Source: a virus. From it: a stretch of 44,197 nucleotides of DNA. Position 1 is the first letter of the stretch. The number at the start of each line of letters is the position of its first letter. Shown here in pieces: positions 22,154 through 31,881 of the stretch. The notes beneath the pieces were generated by a model. That model made no database searches, was not told the origin of the DNA, and saw only the letters and a list, made by a program, of their open reading frames with translations. The translations under genes and the position numbers were made by a program. The stretch lies in IMG/VR virus record IMGVR_UViG_3300020215_000022. One strand, given 5' to 3'.

Positions 22154-22564
22154 CTAAGAGCCCGCGTTGCCGTCGGTGAGGGTGAAGCTGGTCACGGTGA
22201 ACGCCTGGCCGGACGTGAACGAGGTGGAGTCCACCGTCATGTCCCCGCCTCCACCGGTCGCCGTCACCGTGCCCCGGATGTGGTCGGTTCCGCCGCTGGA
22301 GGTGATCTCGAAATGGCCGGCCGTCCCCGTCGCGTCAGCCGAGGTGTCTTCCCAAGTGCCGGATTTCGCCTTGGCGCCCGAAGACGCCGCAGCGAGCCAA
22401 TCGGAAGGCAGGTTGCAGGTCGCCAGGACCGTCCCCGTCGACGCGGACGCGACGTTGGACGGCGGCGCCCCGGTCCTGATGAGCAGAACGGCGGAGGTGC
22501 CGATGGTGGTTTCGATGGCGTCCAGGCGTGCATTCCGCACCACCTCGGAGAGCGTGACAGCCAT
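22154..22564 (-). CDS. Virion structural protein, unknown role
   Basis: 136 aa: MAVTLSEVVRNARLDAIETTIGTSAVLLIRTG...GTAGHFEI... This resembles a recurrent small phage structural family that I could not name. Confidence 0.65.
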   Translation of the reverse strand: MAVTLSEVVRNARLDAIETTIGTSAVLLIRTGAPPSNVASASTGTVLATCNLPSDWLAAASSGAKAKSGTWEDTSADATGTAGHFEITSSGGTDHIRGTVTATGGGGDMTVDSTSFTSGQAFTVTSFTLTDGNAGS

Positions 22565-22570
22565 ATGGGG

Positions 22571-22705
22571 CTACTCCACTACGGTCCAGGGGTTGGAGAC
22601 TTCGGCCTGATCAGACCACGAGGTGGGTAGGGCCGGGATAGGAGCCCAGCCGTCGTCTTCAGCCGCCGACACGGGCTGCGATCCTATGGGGAACGATCCG
22701 AGCAT
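22571..22705 (-). CDS. Small hypothetical protein (44 aa)
   Basis: ATG 22705 abuts the adaptor stop (22706). It translates to MLGSFPIGSQPVSAAEDDGWAPIPALPTSWSDQAEVSNPWTVVE and fills an otherwise 141-nt gap. Confidence 0.35.
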   Translation of the reverse strand: MLGSFPIGSQPVSAAEDDGWAPIPALPTSWSDQAEVSNPWTVVE

Positions 22706-23335
22706 CTAGACGACCAGCGTGGGGCGCGACTGGAGGGACGCGCCGTACGCCTCGCTCAGGTTCCTCGTCTCGATGGACGCAAGGACGATGTCCAGCGCGT
22801 TGGCGGCGTTCGCCTTCTCGGCGGGGTCCTGGAGCCATTGGTAAGCGTAGATCAGCGACGCCCAGAGGTAGGCGTCGGGATGCTTCAGCAGGAGCCAGTT
22901 GGTGGTGTTCGACGCGCTCAGGGCCGCGATGTCGCGGTAATAGGTGAGCGAGCCGGTGTAACCCTCTCCCGGCTCCGGCAGGAATTGGAACTCGCCTCCG
23001 ATTTGGGTGTAGTAGATCGGCTTCCCCGAGCTGCTGTAGGTCCCCTTGAGCGCGGAAAGGGCCTCGGGGGTGATGTAGGTCAGGGCGTATTTGGGATCGC
23101 TTTGCAGCTCGAACGACAGGGGCGATCCGTAGTCGGTCGGGGTCAGCTCGTACTCGTTGTTGATCGTGGCCGTCGCCCGGCCGATCGCATGGCGGGTCTT
23201 GCCCACCCGTCGCCGCAGCTCAGCCTCGCCAGTCTGGATGAAACCCGGAACGGCCGTCGTAAAGGCGCTGTCCGTGCGGTTGCAGTCCTCGGCAATGCGG
23301 GTCTGAAGCGTGGCGTAGGTAGTGATCGCGGTCAT
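22706..23335 (-). CDS. Putative head-tail adaptor (T7 gp11-position) protein
   Basis: 209 aa. The N-terminus is TYATLQTRIAEDCNRTDSAFTTAVPGFIQTGEAELRRRV. The size and its position after the capsid genes resemble adaptor proteins. Confidence 0.5.
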   Translation of the reverse strand: MTAITTYATLQTRIAEDCNRTDSAFTTAVPGFIQTGEAELRRRVGKTRHAIGRATATINNEYELTPTDYGSPLSFELQSDPKYALTYITPEALSALKGTYSSSGKPIYYTQIGGEFQFLPEPGEGYTGSLTYYRDIAALSASNTTNWLLLKHPDAYLWASLIYAYQWLQDPAEKANAANALDIVLASIETRNLSEAYGASLQSRPTLVV

Positions 23336-23448
23336 CTGCTAGGCCCCCGGAGAGAGCCGGTGTTCCACGCCAACACTATCAGCACGCCCCCCGTGGAGAC
23401 TCCAAAGCCGAACAGAAAGCCCCAGACAAAATGCAGCGCGTCGTTCAT
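23332..23448 (-). CDS. Single-TM micro-protein (38 aa)
   Basis: MNDALHFVWGFLFGFGVSTGGVLIVLAWNTGSLRGPSR, with ATGA overlaps at both ends (23445-23448 and 23332-23335). Confidence 0.45.
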   Translation of the reverse strand: MNDALHFVWGFLFGFGVSTGGVLIVLAWNTGSLRGPSR

Positions 23449-23792
23449 CGCAGGATGCCGTTGCTCATGCCGATGCGGCCGTCAGCGGTGCGCAGGTAGG
23501 CGTAATCGGGATCGTTCAACTTCTGCTTGAGCTTGTCGGCGTGCTCGGGGTCGAACGCGTCCCACCCCTCCTCGTGTTTCCACTTGTAGATCAGGGCCAT
23601 GGGAATCGAGGCGACACGGCGAAGTTCGCGTGACGGGCTATAGCCGTCGTTTTCGGTGCGGAGCTTTTGGTTGTAGTCTAGGATCGGATCGTTCGCCTGA
23701 GACGCCGCAAACGTCGTTGAACCATCGGCGTTCTCGCGCATGAAGTGCGAGATGCCGGCGGTGGACGTCATCAGGTAGGTGAAGTCCTTCAT
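23445..23792 (-). CDS. Conserved head-module protein, unknown role
   Basis: ATG 23792 shares 1 nt with the upstream TGA. 115 aa: MKDFTYLMTSTAGISHFMRENADG...IPMALIYKWKHEEGWDAFDP. Confidence 0.65.
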   Translation of the reverse strand: MKDFTYLMTSTAGISHFMRENADGSTTFAASQANDPILDYNQKLRTENDGYSPSRELRRVASIPMALIYKWKHEEGWDAFDPEHADKLKQKLNDPDYAYLRTADGRIGMSNGILR

Positions 23793-24172
23793 CAGGCCAG
23801 TTCCACCCAATCGCGGGGGTTCTTGGGGTCTGGGCCAACCGAAAGGTCGTTGAGCTGGGCCTCAGTGCACTCGAACTCCTCGCCCTGCTCGAAATGGGCC
23901 TCGCCGATGCCGGGGATGTGCACGCCGGTGCTGATCTTTCCGTCGCCGCGGCGGGTGACCTTCACCCGGATCGTGTCCGAGGGCGGCGGGGCGATCATGT
24001 CGGCCTTGGCCAGCTCGGCGGCGGCGTCCTTGGCGGTCTTGGCCAGGGCCGCGCGTTCCTTGGCGGCCTGTTTGGCGGCGCGGACGCGGAGCTCGGCGTT
24101 GATCTCGGCGTTGGATTTGCCCTTGGCGCCCGCCTTGACGACGTTCGGGGCGGGGGATGCTTGTTCAGTCAT
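23792..24172 (-). CDS. Head-module protein, unknown role (Ala/Lys-rich N-terminal half)
   Basis: ATG 24172; 126 aa. It follows the major capsid gene. Confidence 0.6.
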   Translation of the reverse strand: MTEQASPAPNVVKAGAKGKSNAEINAELRVRAAKQAAKERAALAKTAKDAAAELAKADMIAPPPSDTIRVKVTRRGDGKISTGVHIPGIGEAHFEQGEEFECTEAQLNDLSVGPDPKNPRDWVELA

Positions 24173-24257
24173 GGTTCCTCGCAAGGATGACGAAGGGCGG
24201 GATAGAGCCCTCGGGATTTCCCGCCCTTCCAGTTGGCTAGGCGTGGGGAGTCACGGC

Positions 24258-25217
24258 CTAGGTTAGGTCGGCGATGGCGGCGTGGGCCTTCTCGTTGCGG
24301 CAGACCAGGGTCTTTTCCGCGCGGATCAGGAACCGCTCGTTGTCGCCAGTCTTGGCAAGCATGGTCGTGCTCATCGGACGAAGGGTCGCCACGGCGAACA
24401 TCTTCGGGTCGGCGATGAGGCAGTCACGGCTGAGCGCATAGGGGTGCGGGACCAGGGTGATGTTCCCGAAGTCCGACACGTACACGTCGGCGGCGCCGTA
24501 GATGGTCGCCATGCCCCCGCCGGACGCGGTGGCGCGGATGTCCGCGATACCGGTGAAGGCGGAGAACTGCTGCTTGTGCGTGCCCGACATGTACGCTTGC
24601 GAAGGCCGGGCGCCGTTGGAGAACGCCGTGGCCATCACATCCTTCACCAATTGCTCGGTGAAGGTGCGCTGGGTGCCATTGGTGGCCGCCGCGACGATGC
24701 CGGCCGAATAACCGCCGTCCGAGCCGCCGGAGCCCCGGCTGTCGTTGGTGGTGATCCAGGCCAGAGCGCCGGCCGCCTTGCGGGTGGTGGCGCCGTTTTC
24801 GGCGACGGAGGCGACGTTGGCGACGAAGCGGTACTCGAAGTCGCGCTTCAGTTCGATGCCTTTCAGCACCTTCTGACGCGCCAGTTCCGAGGCCCGGCCC
24901 GCCAAGTCAACGGCTTCCTGGGTTTCAGAGACGCCGCCGGTCTTCCAGCCGATCTGGCAGATGTTCTTGACGCGGGTGGTGAGGTTCCCGGCGTCCAGCG
25001 TGCCGACGTCGTCGCCCTCGAGTTGGGCGTTGGTCGTCACGGCGGAGGCGAGGGTTTCGGTCTGCCACTCGTGTTCGATGGCCTTGGCCGTCACCTTGCC
25101 GATGTTGGAGGTGAACGGGGTTTCTTCAGGGGCGACGCGATAGATCTTGTCTTCGAGGTCTTCGCGCGCGCCGACGTTCGGGGTTTCCCCCGTGATGGTG
25201 TTGGTGGGAGCTGACAT
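24258..25217 (-). CDS. Major capsid protein (SU10 / DUF5309-like, HK97 fold)
   Basis: 319 aa. The N-terminal signature REDLEDKIYRVAPEETPFTSNIGKVTAKAIEHEWQTETLA is typical of this capsid family. It follows the scaffold gene. Confidence 0.85.
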   Translation of the reverse strand: MSAPTNTITGETPNVGAREDLEDKIYRVAPEETPFTSNIGKVTAKAIEHEWQTETLASAVTTNAQLEGDDVGTLDAGNLTTRVKNICQIGWKTGGVSETQEAVDLAGRASELARQKVLKGIELKRDFEYRFVANVASVAENGATTRKAAGALAWITTNDSRGSGGSDGGYSAGIVAAATNGTQRTFTEQLVKDVMATAFSNGARPSQAYMSGTHKQQFSAFTGIADIRATASGGGMATIYGAADVYVSDFGNITLVPHPYALSRDCLIADPKMFAVATLRPMSTTMLAKTGDNERFLIRAEKTLVCRNEKAHAAIADLT

Positions 25218-25223
25218 TGAGGG

Positions 25224-26246
25224 TTAGGCCCTCCTTCGGGCCTGGTCTTCGGCCAGCAACAGGTCCACAGCGGCGTCTACCGAGCCCTCTTTCGTGAGCC
25301 GGGTGCTTAGCGCTCGGAGCGATTTCTGGTCGGATGATTGGGGGGGTGGCGTTGTCGGCTTGAGGACCGGCGCCAGGGGTTTTTGTGGTGCTTTCGCCTT
25401 GGCCTTGGCCTCAGCCTGGGCCTTGCGGTAACGCATGCCGTCCAGCGCCAGCGAGATACCCCACGCAGGGATTTCCTCTAGCTGTTGCTTGGTCGCCCCT
25501 TCGCTTACGAGGAACTCCGCAAGTTCCTTTTTCAGCGGCCCGGCGGTCTTGGGGTCGGCAAATTCCGGGCGGATTTCGGTCAGGCGAGTGTGTTGCTCGC
25601 GCTGGTAGGCCAGAAGCGTTTCACGCTCGGCCATCTTCTGGGCTTCAACGAGGTTTTCAAGCTCTTGGACCTCGGCCTTGTACCGGGCCTCCAGCTTGAT
25701 CGCTTCGTCCGCGCCATACGCCTCGACGTTGGCGACCATATCGAAGCCGTCTTTTCCCCAGAACATCTGATGGGAAGCAATGGCGCGGGGAAGCCATTCC
25801 TTCAGGCTGGCGCCGATCTGGCCGAGCTGTTGACGCTCACCATCGACTTCGCGACGAGCTTCGGCCGCAGCCTTCTCTTTCGCCTTGACCAGCACGGCCT
25901 CGCGCTTTTCCTCGTTCTTGAGGAGGCGGGCCTGTACTTCGGGAGGCTGAGCGGCGAACCACTCCTTGTCCTCCGCATCCCAGGTCTTCGGAGGCTCGAT
26001 AGCCGCGGCTTCGGGCTCCTCGGGTTCTGGGTCTTCCTCAGCTTCGGGTTCGGCTTCCTCGGAAGCGTCCTCTTCAGCCGTTTCGGGCTCGGGATCGGCC
26101 GCAGCCTCTTCCGTCGCCGGTTGTTCCTGTTCCTCTTGCGGCTCGCCGCCGACAGTGCGCTCCTCAACGAGCGTCGCCTTGCCTTCGATGGGCGCGCCAA
26201 CGAGTTCCGCAACGGCCTGATCGACCGAGAGGGTGGTGTCTGTCAT
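25224..26246 (-). CDS. Scaffolding protein
   Basis: 340 aa. A highly acidic Glu/Pro/Ala N-terminal third is followed by a long coiled coil. It lies between the portal and the capsid gene. Confidence 0.7.
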   Translation of the reverse strand: MTDTTLSVDQAVAELVGAPIEGKATLVEERTVGGEPQEEQEQPATEEAAADPEPETAEEDASEEAEPEAEEDPEPEEPEAAAIEPPKTWDAEDKEWFAAQPPEVQARLLKNEEKREAVLVKAKEKAAAEARREVDGERQQLGQIGASLKEWLPRAIASHQMFWGKDGFDMVANVEAYGADEAIKLEARYKAEVQELENLVEAQKMAERETLLAYQREQHTRLTEIRPEFADPKTAGPLKKELAEFLVSEGATKQQLEEIPAWGISLALDGMRYRKAQAEAKAKAKAPQKPLAPVLKPTTPPPQSSDQKSLRALSTRLTKEGSVDAAVDLLLAEDQARRRA

Positions 26247-26270
26247 GTCACTTCGGGGGGTTGCGCCGCC

Positions 26271-26525
26271 TCAGCGGCTAAAGCCAGCCTCAGCCAGCGA
26301 ATTCCGGTGATCTTCGATGTCGGCGTGGGAAGCCTTTGCAACCAGCGCGGCCTGCACGTCACGAAGCGCGTTGAACTGGTGGTAAAGGCTTTCGCGCTTG
26401 ACCGTCTCCTCCGGCCTGGTTTCGCCGATCTGCTTCAAGAGTTCCTGACCGTAGTCATCGAACATGTCTTGGGTTTGGGCGATGAACGCCTTTAGACGCA
26501 CAGCCCTTTGGTACTGGTCGCTCAT
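26271..26525 (-). CDS. Small head-module protein
   Basis: 84 aa; the start overlaps the portal stop. Confidence 0.6.
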   Translation of the reverse strand: MSDQYQRAVRLKAFIAQTQDMFDDYGQELLKQIGETRPEETVKRESLYHQFNALRDVQAALVAKASHADIEDHRNSLAEAGFSR

Positions 26526-28660
26526 CCTGGATCGCCCCCGACGTTGACCTGAGCGTCGATCTTGGCGCTCGCGGCCTCACGGGCCACTTCGTTACGCTGA
26601 TAGTTGTTCTCGCGGGCGATCTGGGCCTGCTGTTCGTTCAACTCGCGTTTCATCTGCAGTTCGGCGGCGAGCAGTTCGCGCTTGAGGTTCAATTCCTCGG
26701 CGGCGATCTCCCGCTTGAGCTGCAGTTCGGCCTGCATCTGCTGGACCTTCAGCTCGTGGTCGCGGATCGCGGCCTCTTCCTGCTGCCGGAGCTTTTCCTG
26801 CTCGATCATCCCCTTGCCTTGCAGTTCCATGGCCTGGAACTGACCCTTGCCCTGGAGTTCCATCTGCTTCAGCTCGGCGTCCTTCTCCACCTTGACCATG
26901 TCGGGGTCGGGCTTGGGGGGCTGGGGCGGGGCCTTCTTTGGGTCGGAGAGGAAGTTTTCCGGGGCTTTGTTGCCGAGCTTCTCGTATGTCCGCTTGGCGA
27001 GGTTGTAGACGTTGTCCATGGTCACGATCGGACCCGCTGCCCCGCCTTGCAGGGTGACGATCTTCTCCTGGACGAGGGCCTCCTGCTCCAGGGCCATCAG
27101 GTCCGCTTCACGGCCGGACGCCCCCAGGCCGATCTCGATCTTCATGTCCGAGCGGGCGCCCCAGGATGTGGGGTCCACGTCCACCCATTCGCCCTTCAGC
27201 CGGACCTTGGTCGGACGGTCTGCGTTCTCCCTCAAGAGCGCGTGCACTGTGAGGAACAGTTCCTTGATGCCGGTCTCAGCGAGGTTGCGGGCGATCAGCT
27301 TGACGCGCTTTTGGGCCGCCGTGAGCAGGGCAAGGGCGCCCTTGGCCGTCTCGTGCAGGGTGTCAGGGGTTAGGCCCTGCGCAGCCCTCACGATCCCGGT
27401 GCGCTGCTCGATACGGGTCGCCATGTACTCCATGGCCCCGAACACGTCGAAGCCGAGCTGACCCGCGGCGAGGGGCGTAACGGCCCCCTCACGCTTGCCG
27501 CGGACGACGCCGCCAGGTTGATTGTTCAACAGGTCCGGGATGGTGTTCGGGCTGGCGTGGTCCTCGGCGACGTAGTTCCGCTGGTTCAGGGCGAAATAGC
27601 CGCTGTCGAGCATCATCCGCAGCAAAGCCGTGTTGACCCGTTGCGGCTCAATGAGGCGATCGGCGGGGCATTCCCCAATGTGCCGGTGCGGCATGGGATA
27701 GGGGGTGATAGTCGAGTACGGGTTGCGCTTGACCTCTTCCTTGCGGATCAGGACGCTGTCGTTCTCGCCGGTAAGGACCGAATAGAGCTTGGGCTTGCCG
27801 TCCTCCACGACCTTGATGATGTGGTTGACGATCTCGACTTTGCGCAGATCGTCCTTGCTGTCCTGGGTGATCTCGTGTTCGCCGGCCGTGTCCCTGGCTT
27901 CGGCGACGCCTTCGTTGTCCTCTGTGGAATAGGCCGAGAGCTGGTCAGTGATCTCGCGGGAAATCCCCTGCATCAGCAGGGTCTGCACCCTTGGGCGCGA
28001 CCTGGCCGAACAGTAGGTGAAGCTGTCGTCATGCAGGGATCGGCCGGTGTCCTGCGCGATTGCGAAGTCCTCGGGCGGCCAGCAAGCGATCTTGACCTTG
28101 CGATACGACGGCCTAACGACGGAGAAGTTGAACAGCTCGGGGTTTTCGGGGTCCTGGCCGTCGGCCGGCGCTACATCACCAAGCTCACCGTTCTGGGCCG
28201 CCAACTGGACTTCGACAGCCGTCTTGCCCTCGAACTCCTCGACCTCTTCGGGGCACTCCTCGACCCACGCCTTGAACACGCCGATCTTGACCTGGAGCGC
28301 GTCCTTGGTCCCGTCGTGGATGACTTGCCAGCCGGGGTTTTCGTTGAAAACCACGTGCTTGACGTAATCGGTTTCCTGAGCCGCGCCCTTTTCGTCCTCT
28401 GGACCCATCGCCATGAACGCCAGGACGTCGTCGCCACCGGTGAGGATCTCGACAATGTCCGGGTGCAGGGTGTCGATGGCGTCGGCGACGTCGGTCGAGA
28501 CGGCCTTGGAGCGGTTGGGGAGAGACGGAAGGTCCGTCATCTCCCCTTTGTAGTACTTGAGCGCCCGCTCCCGCTCAGCACGCAGGGTTTCGTCATTGTC
28601 GAGCCCTATGGCCGACTGACGTTCCGAGCGGACTAGAGCGAGCAGCGCATCGTCTCGCAT
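26522..28660 (-). CDS. Portal protein
   Basis: 712 aa. The N-terminus ERERALKYYKGEM...NRSKAVSTDVADAIDTLHPDIVEIL is portal-like. The long C-terminal coiled-coil tail resembles a barrel. It lies downstream of terL. Confidence 0.85.
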   Translation of the reverse strand: MRDDALLALVRSERQSAIGLDNDETLRAERERALKYYKGEMTDLPSLPNRSKAVSTDVADAIDTLHPDIVEILTGGDDVLAFMAMGPEDEKGAAQETDYVKHVVFNENPGWQVIHDGTKDALQVKIGVFKAWVEECPEEVEEFEGKTAVEVQLAAQNGELGDVAPADGQDPENPELFNFSVVRPSYRKVKIACWPPEDFAIAQDTGRSLHDDSFTYCSARSRPRVQTLLMQGISREITDQLSAYSTEDNEGVAEARDTAGEHEITQDSKDDLRKVEIVNHIIKVVEDGKPKLYSVLTGENDSVLIRKEEVKRNPYSTITPYPMPHRHIGECPADRLIEPQRVNTALLRMMLDSGYFALNQRNYVAEDHASPNTIPDLLNNQPGGVVRGKREGAVTPLAAGQLGFDVFGAMEYMATRIEQRTGIVRAAQGLTPDTLHETAKGALALLTAAQKRVKLIARNLAETGIKELFLTVHALLRENADRPTKVRLKGEWVDVDPTSWGARSDMKIEIGLGASGREADLMALEQEALVQEKIVTLQGGAAGPIVTMDNVYNLAKRTYEKLGNKAPENFLSDPKKAPPQPPKPDPDMVKVEKDAELKQMELQGKGQFQAMELQGKGMIEQEKLRQQEEAAIRDHELKVQQMQAELQLKREIAAEELNLKRELLAAELQMKRELNEQQAQIARENNYQRNEVAREAASAKIDAQVNVGGDPG

Positions 28661-28662
28661 GG

Positions 28663-29289
28663 CTAGACCGGGATTTCTTCCCAGAGGAGCGATACCTGCA
28701 GCACGGCGCTGGTGAGCGTCGCGCTGGCGCAGATGCTGGCGAAGTAGCCGGGCGGGACCACGATGGAACCGCCAAGGTCAATCCACTGGAACGCGGCCGT
28801 ATCGACCGTCACCGCGCCGGTGTGGACCTGGGCGAAGGGAATGAACTGCGATGCAGCGGCCGAGGGCGTTCCCACGCGGTAGGCGGAGCACTGAGAGGCC
28901 GAGCCGCCCACCAAGGCATTGGTGGTGGAGTCGATCGCAGTGGTGGAAGTCGGGGCCGTGGTGGCGCCAACGCCGATCCCCAGGGCGCCGGAGACGGCCG
29001 AGGCGGTGGTGATGGCGATGCCTACGCCCAGAAGGGCCGCGTTGACGCCCGAGGCTGTGTTCGTGCCGTTGTACAGAAGCGGGCCGCCCGTGCCGGCGGC
29101 GGTGGAGAAGATCACCGGAGCGGTGACGACGGCGCGAGCCCAGAACAGTCGGCCGCGGCGGGCCTGCTCGGTGTATCGGCCGTGCAGGGCGTCGGCGAGC
29201 AGCGCGCCTTGGCGGTTTGCTGCGAGGGGGGGCTGGGTGCCGTTTGCGACGTTGTTCTCGCCCGCGTTCCCGTAAAGGAATTCGACCAT
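28663..29289 (-). CDS. Unknown Gly/Ala/Thr/Val-rich beta-type protein inserted between terL and portal
   Basis: 208 aa with an AAGGAA SD. The C-terminus is ...SAVLQVSLLWEEIPV. Composition and C-terminal motif resemble the 31152-31673 product. Confidence 0.7.
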   Translation of the reverse strand: MVEFLYGNAGENNVANGTQPPLAANRQGALLADALHGRYTEQARRGRLFWARAVVTAPVIFSTAAGTGGPLLYNGTNTASGVNAALLGVGIAITTASAVSGALGIGVGATTAPTSTTAIDSTTNALVGGSASQCSAYRVGTPSAAASQFIPFAQVHTGAVTVDTAAFQWIDLGGSIVVPPGYFASICASATLTSAVLQVSLLWEEIPV

Positions 29290-29346
29290 GGTTCATGTTC
29301 CTTGATGATGCGGCGCTCGGGCTTGTTGTGGCTCGGGCCGCGAGCG

Positions 29347-30678
29347 TCAGACGGCGCCGAATGCTGGAATCTTGAGAGCGGCGGCCTTGCCGCGTGGTTC
29401 TTCGTAGGCGACGGCCATCAGGCCGAAGGCGTCCGCCCCGTGGCTTGACCAATCATGCTCAGGACCGAGCCCGACGTTGCGCTGCTCGTCCTTGCGCTCG
29501 TGGTAGTACCCAAGGGCGTCCCTGCCCGCCTCGGTCGTGGTCTCGTTGAACCAGATCCTGGGGAACAGCCTGCGGACGGCCTCTACCCGCATCATGGCCG
29601 CGCCCTTGCCTTGGTTCCTGATCACCTCAGTGTCGAACCCGGCCTCGCGAAGGTGGTCCTCGTACTTCTTGCCGGTGATGTTGTTCTCGTTGACCCCGTC
29701 ATGGGGAAGGAAGCACTTGGCCTCTTGCCAGCCGCGCTTCCTCAGCTCGTTGACGTAGTAGGCGAGGACCTGTCCGACCCCTTCGATGTAGTCGAGGACG
29801 AGGATGGTCTGTCCGACGAACTGGACGATCCAGATCGCCATTGCGTCGGCGGAGGCGCCAGAACCTCCAAGATCGAAAAAGGCGCGAACAGGTAGTAGGT
29901 CATCGCGCGCCACTCGCCCAATGCGGCCCTCGGCCTTGGCTTGAGCCAGTTGACGAGCGAAGTACGCGCCTTCCAACGCCTTCGCATAGTCGCCCTCCCA
30001 TATGTGCTCGTAGCGGTCGGGATAGAGTTCGAGGTCGAGCTGGCGTTCGGCTTCCAGCTCCTTGGGGAACCACGGGTTGTCCCGCCAGTTGGCCTGGACG
30101 ACGACGGAGCCCTCCGGCTTCTTGGCCCTCAGGAACTCGTCAACCGCATCGGTCTTCCTGCGAGGGTTCCAGCTCGCCCAGATTTCCGAGCCCTCGGCGC
30201 GGATCGTGGGGCGGAGCAAGGCGAGCGAGCGGTGCGAAAGGGTCTGGGCCTCCTCGACCCAGGCGATGCGGTAGCCCTCCAGCGACTTGATGGATTCGGC
30301 CGTGTGGTCCTGCATGCCCTGGAAGATGATCAGGCCATCGCCAGGGGTTTCGATCTTGTCGTTCCAGACCTTGAACCGGCTTCCGACACCTAGGCTTTCG
30401 ATCTTGGTCTCGATCAGCCTCTTGGAAGATTGGGCGAGGGTCTTCTGCACTTCACGAAGGCAGATGGCCAAGGTCCCCGGGTTGGCCAGGCACTCCTCGA
30501 CCATGAGTTCGCCGAAGAAATGGCTCTTGCCAGATCCCCGGCCGCCATGCGCGCCTTTGTAGCGAGCCGGCTGAAGTAGCGGGGCGAAGACGCGAGGGGT
30601 CTCAATCCTTAGGATCGACAATGACGCGCTCGACACGTTCGATGGGGATCGCGCCGCCGTTGGGGCCAGCCACCTCAT
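29347..30678 (-). CDS. terL: Terminase large subunit (PBSX / Terminase_3-like)
   Basis: Walker A is ARYKGAHGGRGSGKSHFF. The start is uncertain: ATG 30678 overlaps terS by 77 nt, and TTG near 30622 is an alternative. Confidence 0.9.
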   Translation of the reverse strand: MRWLAPTAARSPSNVSSASLSILRIETPRVFAPLLQPARYKGAHGGRGSGKSHFFGELMVEECLANPGTLAICLREVQKTLAQSSKRLIETKIESLGVGSRFKVWNDKIETPGDGLIIFQGMQDHTAESIKSLEGYRIAWVEEAQTLSHRSLALLRPTIRAEGSEIWASWNPRRKTDAVDEFLRAKKPEGSVVVQANWRDNPWFPKELEAERQLDLELYPDRYEHIWEGDYAKALEGAYFARQLAQAKAEGRIGRVARDDLLPVRAFFDLGGSGASADAMAIWIVQFVGQTILVLDYIEGVGQVLAYYVNELRKRGWQEAKCFLPHDGVNENNITGKKYEDHLREAGFDTEVIRNQGKGAAMMRVEAVRRLFPRIWFNETTTEAGRDALGYYHERKDEQRNVGLGPEHDWSSHGADAFGLMAVAYEEPRGKAAALKIPAFGAV

Positions 30679-30973
30679 GGCGCTCGCGGTACGGCTCGCT
30701 GGGGAACCGGCCGCTCATCGACTTCGACCACAGGGACGATTGGAAGCCTGGCGTCGTGAGGTTTGTCCGGGGTTTTGCTTCCCACCAGGCGAGGCTGAGA
30801 TCGTGCGCCATTGCGACTGCGTTCAAAAACTCAGGGTGCTCAGCCTCGTAAGTGGCCATCGTGGCTCTCGTGATATCGAGCCCCGCGGCCATCTCTGCGC
30901 GGCTGTATCCATCACGTCCGAACTCTATCACCCGCTCGCACATGGCGGGGTCGTACTTGGTTGGGCGAGCCAT
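30602..30973 (-). CDS. terS: Terminase small subunit
   Basis: ATG 30973 follows GAGGGA. MARPTKYDPAMCERVIEFGRDGYSRAEMAAGLDITRATMATYEAEHPEFLNAV is a typical small-terminase HTH N-terminus. Confidence 0.8.
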   Translation of the reverse strand: MARPTKYDPAMCERVIEFGRDGYSRAEMAAGLDITRATMATYEAEHPEFLNAVAMAHDLSLAWWEAKPRTNLTTPGFQSSLWSKSMSGRFPSEPYRERHEVAGPNGGAIPIERVERVIVDPKD

Positions 30974-31151
30974 CGTATCCCTCGGGATGAAAGGGCCGCA
31001 GCCCACTTGGCTAGTGTGTTGGTCCGACTTGCTGGGATTGGCCGGGTAATCCTAGTTTTGGGCGGCCCGGCTTTGACTTCCGCATCCCTGCCGTTGTGGT
31101 CTCGCACCTGTCGGAATGGGCCTGCGAGGAAAGGAGCCCGCCCGAATGTGG

Positions 31152-31673
31152 TTAGGCGTTGAATTCCCAATGCAGGACCACAGTCCCGCGCAGGATGGCG
31201 GCGGCATCGCCCGAAGCCGCCCAGCCATCGGCGACGTTGAGGTACACGGTATGGGCGCCGGCAGCCGTGATGATCAACTCAGTGCCGACGTTGACCACGG
31301 TCGCGGTGCCGGTGCAGTTGGTGGCGGTCTGGCCGGTGACGATGTTCTCGAAGGTCGCGGTGCCGTCCAAGGTGGCGACAGCGCCCGAGGCGATCACCGT
31401 ACCGATGCCGACGTCCGGGGTGTCGGCGTTGATGTTGCCCTGGGTCTGGGTGATGCCCACGCTCATGTAGGCGGCTTTGATGCGGCAGGCCCCGGCCGGA
31501 AGCGTGTAGATGAGCTTGCCGACGCCAAGGTTCGCGCCGCCGGCAATGGCGGGGAGCGTGGTGTCGATGGTGAGGACCGTGGTGTGGGTGTACTTGTCTC
31601 CGTATTCCGCGACCTTCACATAGGAAGGGACGGCGCCGAGGTTCCCGACCAGGAACGTGTTGTTGCGAGCCAT
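31152..31673 (-). CDS. Unknown beta-rich protein, first gene of the late block, with a strong SD
   Basis: 173 aa. AGGAGGG lies 4 nt upstream of ATG 31673. The C-terminus is ...ILRGTVVLHWEFNA. It is followed by a 178-nt gap before terS. Confidence 0.75.
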   Translation of the reverse strand: MARNNTFLVGNLGAVPSYVKVAEYGDKYTHTTVLTIDTTLPAIAGGANLGVGKLIYTLPAGACRIKAAYMSVGITQTQGNINADTPDVGIGTVIASGAVATLDGTATFENIVTGQTATNCTGTATVVNVGTELIITAAGAHTVYLNVADGWAASGDAAAILRGTVVLHWEFNA

Positions 31674-31881
31674 CAGGCCCTCCTATGGTTTGGGGTTGCG
31701 CACAGTTGAAGGCCGTCGCGTGCCTTTGGGGGATCGGCCCCGCGATCAAAACCGCAGGGTTACAGACTGTTCTGGAGATTGACGGATTGTCGGGGGCCGA
31801 AGGGGGAACTTCTTGGGCGTCTCGTTAGTTTGCGCGGCGAGCCGTTGGCTCCGGGCGCAACTCACAGCCCTACAGGTGAAG

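Noticed and set aside
24282-28636. Long + strand ORFs (24282-25214, 25485-26495, 26756-27373, 27518-28636) opposite the capsid, scaffold and portal genes
   Set aside because: Each lies antisense to a confidently identified structural gene. Their compositions are low-complexity (G/R/V/L/D-rich). None has start-context support.
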